DNA from: Actinomycetota bacterium
GTDB taxonomy: Bacteria > Actinomycetota > Thermoleophilia > Gaiellales > Gaiellaceae
Direction: 5' to 3'
Length of the DNA stretch: 64,000 nt
Assembly (NCBI GenBank): GCA_004366385.1
Contig: SIRU01000058.1
Coordinates: forward strand, 1 to 64,000
Every line of letters starts with the position of its first letter. The stretch's first letter is position 1. Below the pieces are notes generated by a model, which saw nothing but the letters and a program-made list of their open reading frames with translations, ran no database searches and was not told the DNA's origin. Below are positions 34,687 to 45,694 of this stretch, in pieces. The translations under genes were made by a program, and so were the position numbers.

Positions 34687-35358
34687 CTACTCCAGCAACC
34701 GGTACCCGACGCCCCAGACGTTCACGACGAAGTCGTCGTCCGGCCCGACGCGCAGCTTCTTGCGTAGGCGCGAGGCGTGCGACTCGAGCGTCCGCGTGCG
34801 CCCCACGGCGCGGTAGCCCCAAACCTCCCGCAGGAGCTCCTCCTTCGTGAACACGCGGTACGGCTCGGATGCGAGGCGGAGGAGGAGCTCGAACTCCCTC
34901 GCCGAGAGCGCCACGAGCGCGTCCCGGACGGCGACGCGCCGCGTGCGCCGGTCGACGACGATGTCGCCTGCCACGACGAGCTCCGTCGCCGACGCGGTGC
35001 TGCGGCGCAGGAGCGCGCGGATGCGCGCGAGCAGCTCCTCGTACGCGAACGGCCGCCCGACGGCGTCGTCGGCGCCGCGCTCGAGCGCGCGCACGCGCTC
35101 GTCCGGGTCCGAGGTCGGCGCGAGCAGGATGACCGGGACGTTGCGATCCCACGTGCGCCCGGGCTCGCCGCGACGCAGGCGCTGGCAGAGGTCGAGCTCC
35201 CCGAGCAGCACGAGGTCGGGGCGGACGCGCTCGGCGAGCTCGAGCGCCTCGCTGCGGCGCGCGGTGTCGAGGACGTCGAACCCGTCCACCCGCAGCTGCC
35301 TGCCGAGGTACTCCCTGGTCTCGGGCTCCGGCTCCGCGACGAGGACGGCGCTCTGCAT
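34687..35358 (-). CDS. OmpR-family winged-helix regulator with degenerate (pseudo-)receiver domain
   Basis: 223 aa from ATG35358, 7 nt after TAGCGT. C-terminal trans_reg_C region (LSAREFELLLRLA ... VWGVGYRL). Receiver positions differ from consensus: LVAEPE for the acidic pair, LVLLGEL for the phospho-Asp, VGRPF for the Lys. Confidence 0.85.
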   Translation of the reverse strand: MQSAVLVAEPEPETREYLGRQLRVDGFDVLDTARRSEALELAERVRPDLVLLGELDLCQRLRRGEPGRTWDRNVPVILLAPTSDPDERVRALERGADDAVGRPFAYEELLARIRALLRRSTASATELVVAGDIVVDRRTRRVAVRDALVALSAREFELLLRLASEPYRVFTKEELLREVWGYRAVGRTRTLESHASRLRKKLRVGPDDDFVVNVWGVGYRLLE

Positions 35359-35502
35359 GCCCTCGACGCTAGCCGTGCGACCTGCGCCGCGCCAGATGTC
35401 CTTTCCGGCGATTTCGCAACAAGGAGTCCCCAGCCGTCCGGAGCAGCCATGGCCGTTTCCGAGCGGCCGAAGCGGGCGAAGCGGACGAGGCAAGCCTCGC
35501 CC

Positions 35503-37173
35503 CTACAGCCTCCCGTGCCGGATCACGCCCCATACGAGCCAGAGCCCGAACGCGCCGGAGAGCACGAACCCGACGAACGAGAGAGCGTGCAGGCCCATGA
35601 TCCTGGGCCCCTCCTCGGCGAAGACCCCGACGATCGACGAGCCGAGCAGCCCGCCGAGCACGATGAGCGCGACGGACAGCCGGTTCGACGCGCGGTCGAG
35701 GTGCTCGTCGAGCTCGTCCAGCCCCGGGTTCTCGAACTGGATGCGGATCGTCCCGTCGCGCATCCGCTCGAGCACGTCGTGCGCCTGGTACGGCAGCTCG
35801 CGCGCGACGTCTCCGAGCGCGAGCGCCTCGCTCCACGTCCGCTGCGCGAGCACGCGAGGCTGGAAGCGCTCGGTGAGCAGCCCACGCGCGTACGGCCGTG
35901 CGACCTCGAAGACGTTGAAGTCGGGGTACACCTCGGCACCGACCGACGCCAGGGTCGCGATCGCCTTGTCCAGCATCACGAACCGCGACGGGAGCCGCAG
36001 GTTCATGGCGTAGATGAGCCCGAACGCCTCGCGGATGACCTGGAGCGGGTCGATGTCCGACAGCCGCAGGCCGTAGTAGCGGTCGAACAGCACGCGGATC
36101 TCCCCGCGGAACTCGTCCTCGCGGGCGGGGTCGTAGCGCACGCCGAGGTCGCGCAGCCGCCGCGGGATCGCGTCCACGTTCTCCGAGGCGGCGTCGAGGA
36201 ACAGCCGCGTCAGCTTGGCCATGTCCTCGTCGGTGAGCTTCCCCGCCTGCCCGAAGTCGACGAGGCCGAGCTCGCCGGGCTCCAGCACGAAGATGTTCGC
36301 CGGGTGCGGGTCGGAGTGGAAGAACCCGTGGCGGAAGACCATGGTCATCCACGCGTCGGCCATCCGATACGCGATGTCGCGGCGCTGCTCGGGCGGGAGC
36401 GCCTCGAGGTCGAGCTCCGCGACCTTCGTGCCGTGGAGGAACTCGAGCGTGAGCACGCGCCCGGTCGAGTACGCGTGGATCACGCGCGGGACGACGACGC
36501 CCGGCTCGTGCGCGAAGTTCCGGTGGAACGCGTCCGCGTTCCGCGCCTCGTGGCCGTAGTCGAGCTCGAGCCTGATCGAGCGGGCGAACTCGTCGACGAG
36601 CTCACGCGGATCCATGAACTCGAGCGCGCGCACGCGCTCCTGCAGCAGCTTCGCGGCCTGGTACAGGAGCCCGAGGTCGGCCTCGACCTGCCGCTCGGCC
36701 GCGGGCCGCTGCACCTTCACGGCGACCTCGCGCCCGTCCGGGAGAACGGCGCGGTGCACCTGGCCGATCGACGCCGACGCGATCGGGAGCTCGTCGAGCT
36801 CCAGGAACGCTCGCTCGACGGTCAGGCCGAGCTCCTCCTCGACGACCTCCCGCACCTGCTCGAACGGGAACGGCGTGACGTCGTCCTGGAGCCCGCGCAA
36901 CTCCACGACGATGTCGGGCGGGACCACGTCCGGCCGCGTCGAGAGCAGCTGGCCGAACTTCACGAAGGTCGGGCCGAGCTCGTCCAGCATCTCCCGCAGC
37001 CGGCGGCCGCGGTCGGAGGCGGTGACGTCCTCCTCGCGCCCGTCCCGTCCCGGCAGCAGGTCTCCGAGGCGGTTCCGGCGGAGGACGTACCCGAAACCGT
37101 GGCGCGCTGCGACCTGCGCGATCTCGGACAGGCGCACGAGGTTCCGCGACGGCCCTGCCTGGCGCGTGGCCAT
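35503..37173 (-). CDS. ABC1/UbiB-family atypical protein kinase
   Basis: 556 aa. GPTFVKFGQLLSTRPD, ASIGQVHRA and VAVKVQRP motifs. Two C-terminal TM segments. Confidence 0.9.
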   Translation of the reverse strand: MATRQAGPSRNLVRLSEIAQVAARHGFGYVLRRNRLGDLLPGRDGREEDVTASDRGRRLREMLDELGPTFVKFGQLLSTRPDVVPPDIVVELRGLQDDVTPFPFEQVREVVEEELGLTVERAFLELDELPIASASIGQVHRAVLPDGREVAVKVQRPAAERQVEADLGLLYQAAKLLQERVRALEFMDPRELVDEFARSIRLELDYGHEARNADAFHRNFAHEPGVVVPRVIHAYSTGRVLTLEFLHGTKVAELDLEALPPEQRRDIAYRMADAWMTMVFRHGFFHSDPHPANIFVLEPGELGLVDFGQAGKLTDEDMAKLTRLFLDAASENVDAIPRRLRDLGVRYDPAREDEFRGEIRVLFDRYYGLRLSDIDPLQVIREAFGLIYAMNLRLPSRFVMLDKAIATLASVGAEVYPDFNVFEVARPYARGLLTERFQPRVLAQRTWSEALALGDVARELPYQAHDVLERMRDGTIRIQFENPGLDELDEHLDRASNRLSVALIVLGGLLGSSIVGVFAEEGPRIMGLHALSFVGFVLSGAFGLWLVWGVIRHGRL

Positions 37174-37281
37174 GCGCGGATTGTAGGGGTGAGACTCCCT
37201 CGCCCCGGCACGCGGCTCTCTGCGCCGCGATCGCGGCCGCGCGCAGCCGTCCGCCTTCAGGCCCCTCGCTCCTTCGCACGG

Positions 37282-37309
37282 CCGGGGATCCCCACTCGGG
37301 GATCCCCGG
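37282..37309 (-). terminator. perfect 12-bp GC hairpin after the small coiled-coil gene
   Basis: CCGGGGATCCCC-ACTC-GGGGATCCCCGG, 9 nt downstream of the stop at 37318. No U-tract. Confidence 0.5.
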
Positions 37310-37317
37310 TCTGCGCA

Positions 37318-37650
37318 CTACGAGCGCTCGAGCAGCTTCACGCGGTGCTCGAGCTGGGCGACGCGGAGCTCCAGCCCCTCGACCGCCTCGCGCGAGGCGA
37401 CGCCGAGCTCGGAGCCGAGTCGCGAAGCCGTGCTCCCGGTCGACTCTCCGAGCCGCTGCGCCTCGCGCCGCCAGGCGGCGACGACGTCCGCCAGCGCCGC
37501 CCGCAGCTCGTCGCGCTCGACGCCGACCCGGGCCGCGAGCTCGTCCGCCAGCTCGTCCCCACGCCGCGCTGCGAGGGCGAACGCGCCCAGGCCGGCGAGG
37601 GTGACCGTCTCGAGGGAGCCGCGCTCTCGGGCGCTACCGCGTCCGGCCAT
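37318..37650 (-). CDS. small coiled-coil hypothetical protein (110 aa)
   Basis: ATG37650 overlaps the secDF 3' end by 17 nt. Heptad-like C-terminus EGLELRVAQLEHRVKLLE. High GC3. Confidence 0.5.
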   Translation of the reverse strand: MAGRGSARERGSLETVTLAGLGAFALAARRGDELADELAARVGVERDELRAALADVVAAWRREAQRLGESTGSTASRLGSELGVASREAVEGLELRVAQLEHRVKLLERS

Positions 37651-40399
37651 GTGGCCTCGACGCACGTCGCTGGCGGCGCCGCTCCCGCTTCGAGGCCGGC
37701 TTCGCCGACGGCGGCGGAGTCGCCGCGCCGCCTGCGGCGACGGGCTCGGCGGCCTCCTCCTCGTCCTCCTCGGCAACCGGCACGTCGAGCACCTTGACGT
37801 CGCGCTGCGCGTCCCCGAGACCGCCGCCGACCGACTGCACGCCCGCGAGGGCGGGAACGGCGTCGCGGCGGCGGCGCCACTCGGGATGGCGCTCCATGAG
37901 CGTCGCCAGCAGCGGCGTCGCGACGAAGATCGTCGAGACCGCGCCGACGAGGATGCCCACGATGATCGCGAACGCGAAGTCCTGGAGCGTCGCACCGCCG
38001 AAGAAGTAGAGCGCGGCGATCGGGAGCAGCGTGCTGAACGTCGTCACCATCGAGCGGCGCAGCACCTCCCACAGCGACACGTTGGCGATGGTCGCGAAGG
38101 GCGCGCGCGGCATCAGCTTCATGTTCTCGCGCACGCGGTCGAACACGATGATCGTGTCGTAGACCGAGTAGCCGAGGATGGCGAGGATCGCGGCGACGGT
38201 TCCCGCGCTCACCTCCCGGTCCGACACCGAGTAGATCCCGAGCGTGATCACGACGTCGTTGAAGAGCGTGCGCAGGATCGGGAGCGCGAACCGCCACTCG
38301 TAGCGCGCCGTCACGTAGATCGAGATGAGCGCGAACGACACGATGATCGCGAGGATCGCCCCGCTCAGGATCTGTCGGCTGAAGCTCGCAGAGACGTTGC
38401 GGATGTTCTCGACCGTCGCTCCGAGCTCTTCGGTCAGCGCGCGGGTCAGCTGGTTCTGCTCCGCCTCGGTGAGCGCCATCGTGCGCACCTGGAAGTTCGT
38501 GTACGAGTCGGGGCCCTGCGCCTCGCCGCGGCCCTGCACGATCGCGCCCTCCTGCCCGATCTGCGCCACCTGCTCCCGGACGGTGGCGAGCGCAGCGGGC
38601 TGCTCCGTCGTGAAGCGCACCTGCGTGCCGCCCTCGAAGTCGATGCCGAGGTTCAGCCCGTTGACGACGAGGGTGAGCACGCTGAGCCCGATCGCGACGA
38701 GCGAGACGATGAACCAGAGGCGCCGCCGGCCGACGACGTCGATCCGCTGCCAGCGCGGGATCTCACGCGCGGTCGCACCCATGAACGAGGGCCTGTCGAA
38801 CCACGAGAAGCCCGACAACAGCGTCAGCAGCGCGCGGGTCGCGAGCACCGCAGTGAGCATCGAGAGCGCGGTCCCGATGAGGAGCATGAGCGCGAACCCG
38901 CGGACGCTGGAGGTCGCGACGACGAAGAGGACCGCGGCCGTGATCATCGTCACGACGTTCGCGTCCACGATCGTGTGGAAGCCTCTCCGGTACCCCGTCG
39001 TGATCGCGGCGCGCACGGATCTCCCGGCGCGCACCTCTTCCTTGATGCGTTCGAAGATGACGATGTTCGCGTCGGCCGCCACCCCGAATGTGAGCACCAG
39101 GCCGGCGAAGCCCGGCAGCGTCAGCGTCACGTTGAAGAGCAGGATCGCCGCGTACAGGAACGCGGCGTAGATCCCGAGCCCGAGCACGGCGACGACGCCG
39201 AGGAAGCGGTAGAAGATCAGGAGGAAGATGGCGACCAGCAGCAGGCCCGCGAGCGCGGCCTGCTTCGCCTCCGCGAGCGAGTCCTTCCCGAGCGTCGCCG
39301 AGACGTCGGTGCGGTCGAGGGTCTCGAACTTGACCGGGAGTGCTCCGGTCTGGAGGACGATCGCGATGTCCTTCGCCTCGCCGATCGACTCGAGCCCCTG
39401 GATCTGCGCGCGCCCGCCGCCGATGCCGCCCGACAGGCTGCCGTCGGTGTAGTCGATCATCGGGAACGTCCGGATCTCCCGGTCGAGGACGATCGCGAAG
39501 TGCTGCGGCGCGTTGCGGAGCTTCCCGCGGATCCACTCGGCGCGCGTGATCTCCTGGAACCGGTCCGCGCCGCGGTCGGTGAACTCCATGGTCACGATCG
39601 GCCGGTTGCCGCCGCCCGGGCTCGTGTCGAAGTCCGCTCGCGTGCCGTCGAGCTTCAGGTCCTCGCCGGTCATCTGCGGGATGTCCGGCGGCTCGTAGCG
39701 GAAGAGGTAGTAGTACGTGCGCGTGGACGGGACGCCGCTCCCCTCCGGCCCGCCGGGGCAGACGACCGCCGACTCGCCGCAGGTGATCACGACCATCTTC
39801 TCCGGCACCTTGAAGATCGCCTGGTTCGGGCCCAGCTTGCCGTCCGCCTTCCGCAGCGCCTCGCGCTCGGTCCCGAAGGGGCCGGCGACGACGCGCTCCC
39901 GCTTCGTGTTCACGAGGTAGTACGCGTCCGACTTGCCGTCCTGCGCCTGGGCCTGCACGCGCTTCAGGAGGTCGTAGAGCGACGTCGTCTCGACCGGGTA
40001 GCCCTGGACGGAGATCGACGGGCCCGTGAGCGAGGTCTCGAGGTCGTAGAGCTCGAGCTGCGCCGTCGTCCCGATGATCTCGGCAGCGGCCGCGGGGTCT
40101 CTCACGCCGGGGAGCTGGATCGAGATCTGGTCCGAGCCCTGCTTCCGGATCTCGGGCTCCGTCACACCGAGCTTGTCGACGCGGTTCCGCATGATCTCGA
40201 CTGAGCGGTCGAGGTCCTCCTCGGTCAGCTCGCGGTCGGGCGGCGGAATCGCCTGGAGGGTGACCTCGAGGCCGCCCTGGAGGTCGAGCCCGAGCGTCGG
40301 CTGCTGGCGGAGCGGCGAGCTCGGCACGGCGAGAAGCGCGACGCCAACGAGCGCCGCAACGAGGAAACCGACGACGATGAGGGATGAGCGTCGAGTCAC
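37634..40399 (-). CDS. secDF: fused protein translocase subunit SecDF
   Basis: 921 aa. SecD N-terminus LGLDLQGG and periplasmic domain, followed by SecF (LGIDFEGGTQV). 12 TM in total. Acidic/Pro-Ala-rich, then basic, C-tail. Confidence 0.93.
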   Translation of the reverse strand: MTRRSSLIVVGFLVAALVGVALLAVPSSPLRQQPTLGLDLQGGLEVTLQAIPPPDRELTEEDLDRSVEIMRNRVDKLGVTEPEIRKQGSDQISIQLPGVRDPAAAAEIIGTTAQLELYDLETSLTGPSISVQGYPVETTSLYDLLKRVQAQAQDGKSDAYYLVNTKRERVVAGPFGTEREALRKADGKLGPNQAIFKVPEKMVVITCGESAVVCPGGPEGSGVPSTRTYYYLFRYEPPDIPQMTGEDLKLDGTRADFDTSPGGGNRPIVTMEFTDRGADRFQEITRAEWIRGKLRNAPQHFAIVLDREIRTFPMIDYTDGSLSGGIGGGRAQIQGLESIGEAKDIAIVLQTGALPVKFETLDRTDVSATLGKDSLAEAKQAALAGLLLVAIFLLIFYRFLGVVAVLGLGIYAAFLYAAILLFNVTLTLPGFAGLVLTFGVAADANIVIFERIKEEVRAGRSVRAAITTGYRRGFHTIVDANVVTMITAAVLFVVATSSVRGFALMLLIGTALSMLTAVLATRALLTLLSGFSWFDRPSFMGATAREIPRWQRIDVVGRRRLWFIVSLVAIGLSVLTLVVNGLNLGIDFEGGTQVRFTTEQPAALATVREQVAQIGQEGAIVQGRGEAQGPDSYTNFQVRTMALTEAEQNQLTRALTEELGATVENIRNVSASFSRQILSGAILAIIVSFALISIYVTARYEWRFALPILRTLFNDVVITLGIYSVSDREVSAGTVAAILAILGYSVYDTIIVFDRVRENMKLMPRAPFATIANVSLWEVLRRSMVTTFSTLLPIAALYFFGGATLQDFAFAIIVGILVGAVSTIFVATPLLATLMERHPEWRRRRDAVPALAGVQSVGGGLGDAQRDVKVLDVPVAEEDEEEAAEPVAAGGAATPPPSAKPASKRERRRQRRASRPHGRTR

Positions 40400-40414
40400 G
40401 GTCGGTGCGTCAGG

Positions 40415-41981
<1,567 letters not shown>

Positions 41982-42164
41982 AGCAGGCCCGCCTGCGGCC
42001 GACGAGCTCTCTGCTCCTGCCCGACCGGCACGCGCCGCAGTTTGCGCGAATCTCCAGGGGCCTCCCCTCGCCTCCACCCACCCTCGAGCCTACTGGGAAT
42101 TCGCGCACGCATGGGGAACGGCATCGTGCCGAATGTGTGCCGATTCGCCAGGCGGTTCGGGTGC

Positions 42165-43103
42165 TCAGAGCACGAGCATCGCGTCGCCGAACGAGTAGAA
42201 GCGGTAGCGCTCGGCGACGGCGACGCGGTACAGCTCGCGCGTCTCCTCCACGCCGGCGAACGCCATCACGAGCGCGAGCAGCGTCGAGCGGGGCAGGTGG
42301 AAGTTGGTGAGCAGCGCGTCGACGCGTTGGAACTCGAAGCCGGGCGTGACGAAGAGCGACGTGCGGCCGTCGAGCGGCGCTCCCCGGACCACCGTCTCGA
42401 GCACCCGCACCGTCGTGGTGCCGACCGCGAGCACGCGCTCGGCCGCCGCGATCCGCTCCCACGCCTCCGCCGCGACCGAGTACCGCTCGCCGTGAAGCTC
42501 GTGCTCCTCGAGCCGCGGCGCCGTCACGGGCCGGAACGTGTCGAGCCCGACGTGGAGCGTCACGCGCACGGGATCCAGCCGCTCGACGAGCTCCGGCGTG
42601 AGGTGCAGGCCCGCCGTCGGCGCGGCGGCCGAGCCGGCCTCGCGCGCGTAGACGGTCTGGTAGCGACCGGGGTCGCGCAGCGGCTCGTGGATGTACGGCG
42701 GCAGCGGCGCCTGCCCGTCCGGCTCACCCTCGAGCCGCACCGTCCAGCGTCCGGCGCCGAGCGGCTCGACGAGCTCGACCGGCCCGAGCCGCTCCCCGGG
42801 CCGCAGCCGGCCCGCCGGACGGGCAAGCGCCTCCCACGAGCCGTCGTCGAGCCTCTCGACCAGGAGGATCTCCACCGCGCCGCCCGTCTCGCGGCGGAGC
42901 CGCAGCCGGGCCGGGACGACACGCGTGTCGTTCACCACGACCAGCTCGCGCGAGAGCAGGCGCGGGAGCGCGGAGGCGAGGTGGTGCTCGATCGCGCCAC
43001 CCGCCCTCCGGTACACGAGCAGCCGCGAGGAGTCGCGTGGCTCGACCGGCGTCTGCGCGATCAGCTCGGGCGGCAGCTCGTAGTCGAGCTCGGCGATGTC
43101 CAT
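42165..43103 (-). CDS. queA: S-adenosylmethionine:tRNA ribosyltransferase-isomerase
   Basis: 312 aa from ATG43103. DYELPPELIAQ N-terminus, PPYI, AAPTAGLH, VGTTT motifs. Confidence 0.93.
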   Translation of the reverse strand: MDIAELDYELPPELIAQTPVEPRDSSRLLVYRRAGGAIEHHLASALPRLLSRELVVVNDTRVVPARLRLRRETGGAVEILLVERLDDGSWEALARPAGRLRPGERLGPVELVEPLGAGRWTVRLEGEPDGQAPLPPYIHEPLRDPGRYQTVYAREAGSAAAPTAGLHLTPELVERLDPVRVTLHVGLDTFRPVTAPRLEEHELHGERYSVAAEAWERIAAAERVLAVGTTTVRVLETVVRGAPLDGRTSLFVTPGFEFQRVDALLTNFHLPRSTLLALVMAFAGVEETRELYRVAVAERYRFYSFGDAMLVL

Positions 43104-43112
43104 CCGGCGCTG

Positions 43113-43122
43113 AGAGTAGCCT
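43113..43122. promoter_or_regulatory. overlapping back-to-back -10-like boxes (TAGCCT / TACTCT)
   Basis: Plus-strand TAGCCT 43117-43122 lies 7 nt before GTG43130. Minus-strand TACTCT 43118-43113 lies 9 nt before queA ATG43103. The intergenic region is 26 bp. Confidence 0.4.
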
Positions 43123-43129
43123 CGCGCCG

Positions 43130-43558
43130 GTGGACGAGTTGACCCTGGAGCGTGCGAAGCAGCGCATCGAGCAGGCGGCCGCCGGCCGCGCCGACCCGGC
43201 CCTCCTCGGCGCCGTCGTCGAGCGTGCCCGCGCCCAGGTCGAGGAGCTCGCCGCCGCGACGTCGGGCCTCGAGGCGTCGATCCCCGCACAGGTCGAGGCA
43301 GGCATCCGGGACGGCCTCCGCACCGAGGTCCTCCCCGTCGCGCGGCACATCGCCGAGGTCCGCGGGCTCCTGAACCAGGTGGTGAGGAGGCTCGAGCGGA
43401 TCGAGGGCGAGCTCGCGGCCGAGCGGCATGCCCGCGTGGACGACCTCGCGCTGCTGGTGGAGCTCATCAGCTCGGGCTGGCGCGGCGTCGACGCGCGGCT
43501 GGAGCGGCTCGAACGCCCGGCCGAGCCGGTCGTGCGCGCGCCCCGCGCCGTCGCGTAG
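43130..43558 (+). CDS. coiled-coil hypothetical protein (142 aa)
   Basis: GTG start. Ala/Glu/Arg-rich helical sequence. High GC3. No family recognised. Confidence 0.45.
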   Translation: MDELTLERAKQRIEQAAAGRADPALLGAVVERARAQVEELAAATSGLEASIPAQVEAGIRDGLRTEVLPVARHIAEVRGLLNQVVRRLERIEGELAAERHARVDDLALLVELISSGWRGVDARLERLERPAEPVVRAPRAVA

Positions 43559-43561
43559 CGC

Positions 43562-44962
43562 CTAGACCGGCGACTGCGCCGGGAGCACGAGCCGGAAGCG
43601 GCTCCCGCCGCCGTTCGCGCCCTCGAGCTCGATGCGCCCGCCGAGCGCGAGCGCGAGCTCGCGCGCGATCGGGAGCCCGAGGCCGGTCCCGTTCGCGTCG
43701 TTGGAGATGAACGGGTCGAAGATCCGCTCGCGCTCGCCCGGCGGGACACCCGGGCCGGAGTCGATCACGTCGACCCGCACCGTGCCGTTCGACGACGCGA
43801 GCCCGAGCGCGATGCGCCCGCCGTCGGGCGTCCAGCGGAACGCGTTCGAGAGCAGGTTCGAGATCACCTGGAGCACGCGGTCGCCGTCGGAGACGATCAC
43901 CGGCGCGTCGGTCACGTGCGCAGGGCGGTAGTCGATCTCGCGGCGGCGCGCCTCCTCGGTGAACGCGCGGTAGGCGTGGTCGAGCACGCGGCCGAGATCC
44001 ACCTCCTCGTGCCGGACCGTGAAGCGGTTCGCCTGGAGCTTGGCCAGGTCGAGCACGTCGCCGACCAGGCGCTCGAGGCGGTCCGTCTCCGCCGCGACGA
44101 TGTCCAGCGACGCTCGAACCTGCTGCGGCTCGCTGACGACGCCCTCGCGCACGGCCTCGACGTGGCCGCGGATCGCCGTCAGCGGCGTCCGCAGCTCGTG
44201 CGAGACGGACATGAGGAACGAGCGCTTGAGCTGCTCGGCCTCGGCGAGCTGCGTGACCATGCGCTCGAAGCGGTCGCTCAGCAGCGAGATCTCGTCGCTC
44301 CCCTTCGTGTGCGGGATCTCCACGTCGTAGTGGCCGGCCGCGACCAGCTGCGTCGCTCGCGTCAACGCCAGCACCGGCGCCGTGAGCCGGCGGGACAGCC
44401 ACCAGAAGAGGATCGCGCCGAGCCCGATGCCCACCGCGAGCGCGAACGCGAGCCGGCCGAGGAGCGTGACCCACTGCTCGCGGAGCTCCGTCACGGGCTT
44501 GGCGACCACGAGCCAGCCGAACGGCTCCGTCCCCTGGACGAGCTGCACCGGCTGCGCCGCCGCCAGGAGCTCGCGCGAGCTGTCCGGGGGCGTGAACTCG
44601 AACGTCACCACGGCCTCCGTGTCGAGCTCCACGTCGCCGAGCGCGGCGCGCGGCAGCTGCCTGAGCCCGAAGCGCTGGCCCGGGAACGGTGACAGGCCGA
44701 CGTAGAAGAGCTCGTCCCCCGTGGCGCGCTCGAGGTTGTCGGCGGCGAACTCGGGCGCCGCGGTTCCCTCGTCGCTCGAGCGCAGCGCCGCCTCGGCGTA
44801 CAGGCCGGCGAGCCCGGCGGCCTCGCGCTTGAGCTCGTTCACGGACTCGGCGTGCGTCACGTTCTGGAAGAGACGGACGGCGAGCGCGATCGAGACCAGC
44901 CCGAAGACGAGCACGACAGCGAGAAACAGGGCCGTCAGACGGAAGCGCAACGTCCCGAGCAT
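43562..44962 (-). CDS. sensor histidine kinase (2 TM, HAMP, HisKA, HATPase_c)
   Basis: 466 aa. H-box SHELRTPL, N-box SNLLSNAF, G1 DSGPGV, G2 GTGLGL. Confidence 0.92.
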   Translation of the reverse strand: MLGTLRFRLTALFLAVVLVFGLVSIALAVRLFQNVTHAESVNELKREAAGLAGLYAEAALRSSDEGTAAPEFAADNLERATGDELFYVGLSPFPGQRFGLRQLPRAALGDVELDTEAVVTFEFTPPDSSRELLAAAQPVQLVQGTEPFGWLVVAKPVTELREQWVTLLGRLAFALAVGIGLGAILFWWLSRRLTAPVLALTRATQLVAAGHYDVEIPHTKGSDEISLLSDRFERMVTQLAEAEQLKRSFLMSVSHELRTPLTAIRGHVEAVREGVVSEPQQVRASLDIVAAETDRLERLVGDVLDLAKLQANRFTVRHEEVDLGRVLDHAYRAFTEEARRREIDYRPAHVTDAPVIVSDGDRVLQVISNLLSNAFRWTPDGGRIALGLASSNGTVRVDVIDSGPGVPPGERERIFDPFISNDANGTGLGLPIARELALALGGRIELEGANGGGSRFRLVLPAQSPV

Positions 44963-44983
44963 CTCGGGCTCAAGGGTAGACGG

Positions 44984-45694
44984 CTACGCGGCCGAAGCGG
45001 GCGTGCGGTCGCTGGACACCTTGTACCCGACGCCCCACACGGTCACGATCGGCGACGCGTCCCCGAGCTTGCGCCGGATCTGGCGGACGTGCACGTCGAC
45101 CGTGCGCGTGTCGCCTGCGAACGTGTAGCCCCAGACGCGCTCGAGCAGCTGGTCGCGCGTGAGCACGATCCCGCGGTGGTCGAGAAGCTCCCAGAGGAGG
45201 TCGAACTCCTTCGGCGCGAGGCGGATCTCCTCGTCGCCGACGTGCACCTCGCGGCGGCCCGCGTTGATCACGAGGTCACCGTGGCGGAGCTCGTCCGAGT
45301 CGCTGCGCCGTCGCTCGCCCGGCGCCGCCCGCCGGAGGACGCTCTTCACGCGTGCGACGAGCTCGCGCGGGTTGAACGGCTTCGTCATGTAGTCGTCGGC
45401 GCCGACCTCCAGCCCGATGATCTTGTCCACGTCGTCGTCGCGCGCGGTGAGCATGAGGATCGGGACGTCGGAGCTACGGCGGATCCCGTGGCAGAGCTCG
45501 ACGCCGTCGCCGTCCGGGAGGTTCAGGTCGAGCACGATCAGGGCCGGCGGGTCACCCGCCAGCTCCGCGACGGCCTCGCTCGCCGTCGCGGCCGTGCGAA
45601 CGGCGAAGCCGGCGTTCTTCAGGTAGGCCGAGACGAAGGTCGCGATCGAGGCCTCGTCCTCGACCACGAGGATCGAGTGGGCCGAGCGGGTCAC
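44984..45694 (-). CDS. OmpR-family response regulator (canonical receiver)
   Basis: 236 aa from GTG45694. VVEDE, IVLDLNLPDGDG, MLTAR and TKPF receiver residues are all present. Winged-helix C-terminus. Confidence 0.93.
   Translation of the reverse strand: MTRSAHSILVVEDEASIATFVSAYLKNAGFAVRTAATASEAVAELAGDPPALIVLDLNLPDGDGVELCHGIRRSSDVPILMLTARDDDVDKIIGLEVGADDYMTKPFNPRELVARVKSVLRRAAPGERRRSDSDELRHGDLVINAGRREVHVGDEEIRLAPKEFDLLWELLDHRGIVLTRDQLLERVWGYTFAGDTRTVDVHVRQIRRKLGDASPIVTVWGVGYKVSSDRTPASAA

Noticed and set aside
42058-42092. A possible G-quadruplex on the minus strand (GGGTGGGTGGAGGCGAGGGGAGG).
   Set aside because: Only three runs of three or more G are present. With this base composition such tracts are common, so it is reported only as part of the queA-tgt spacer.
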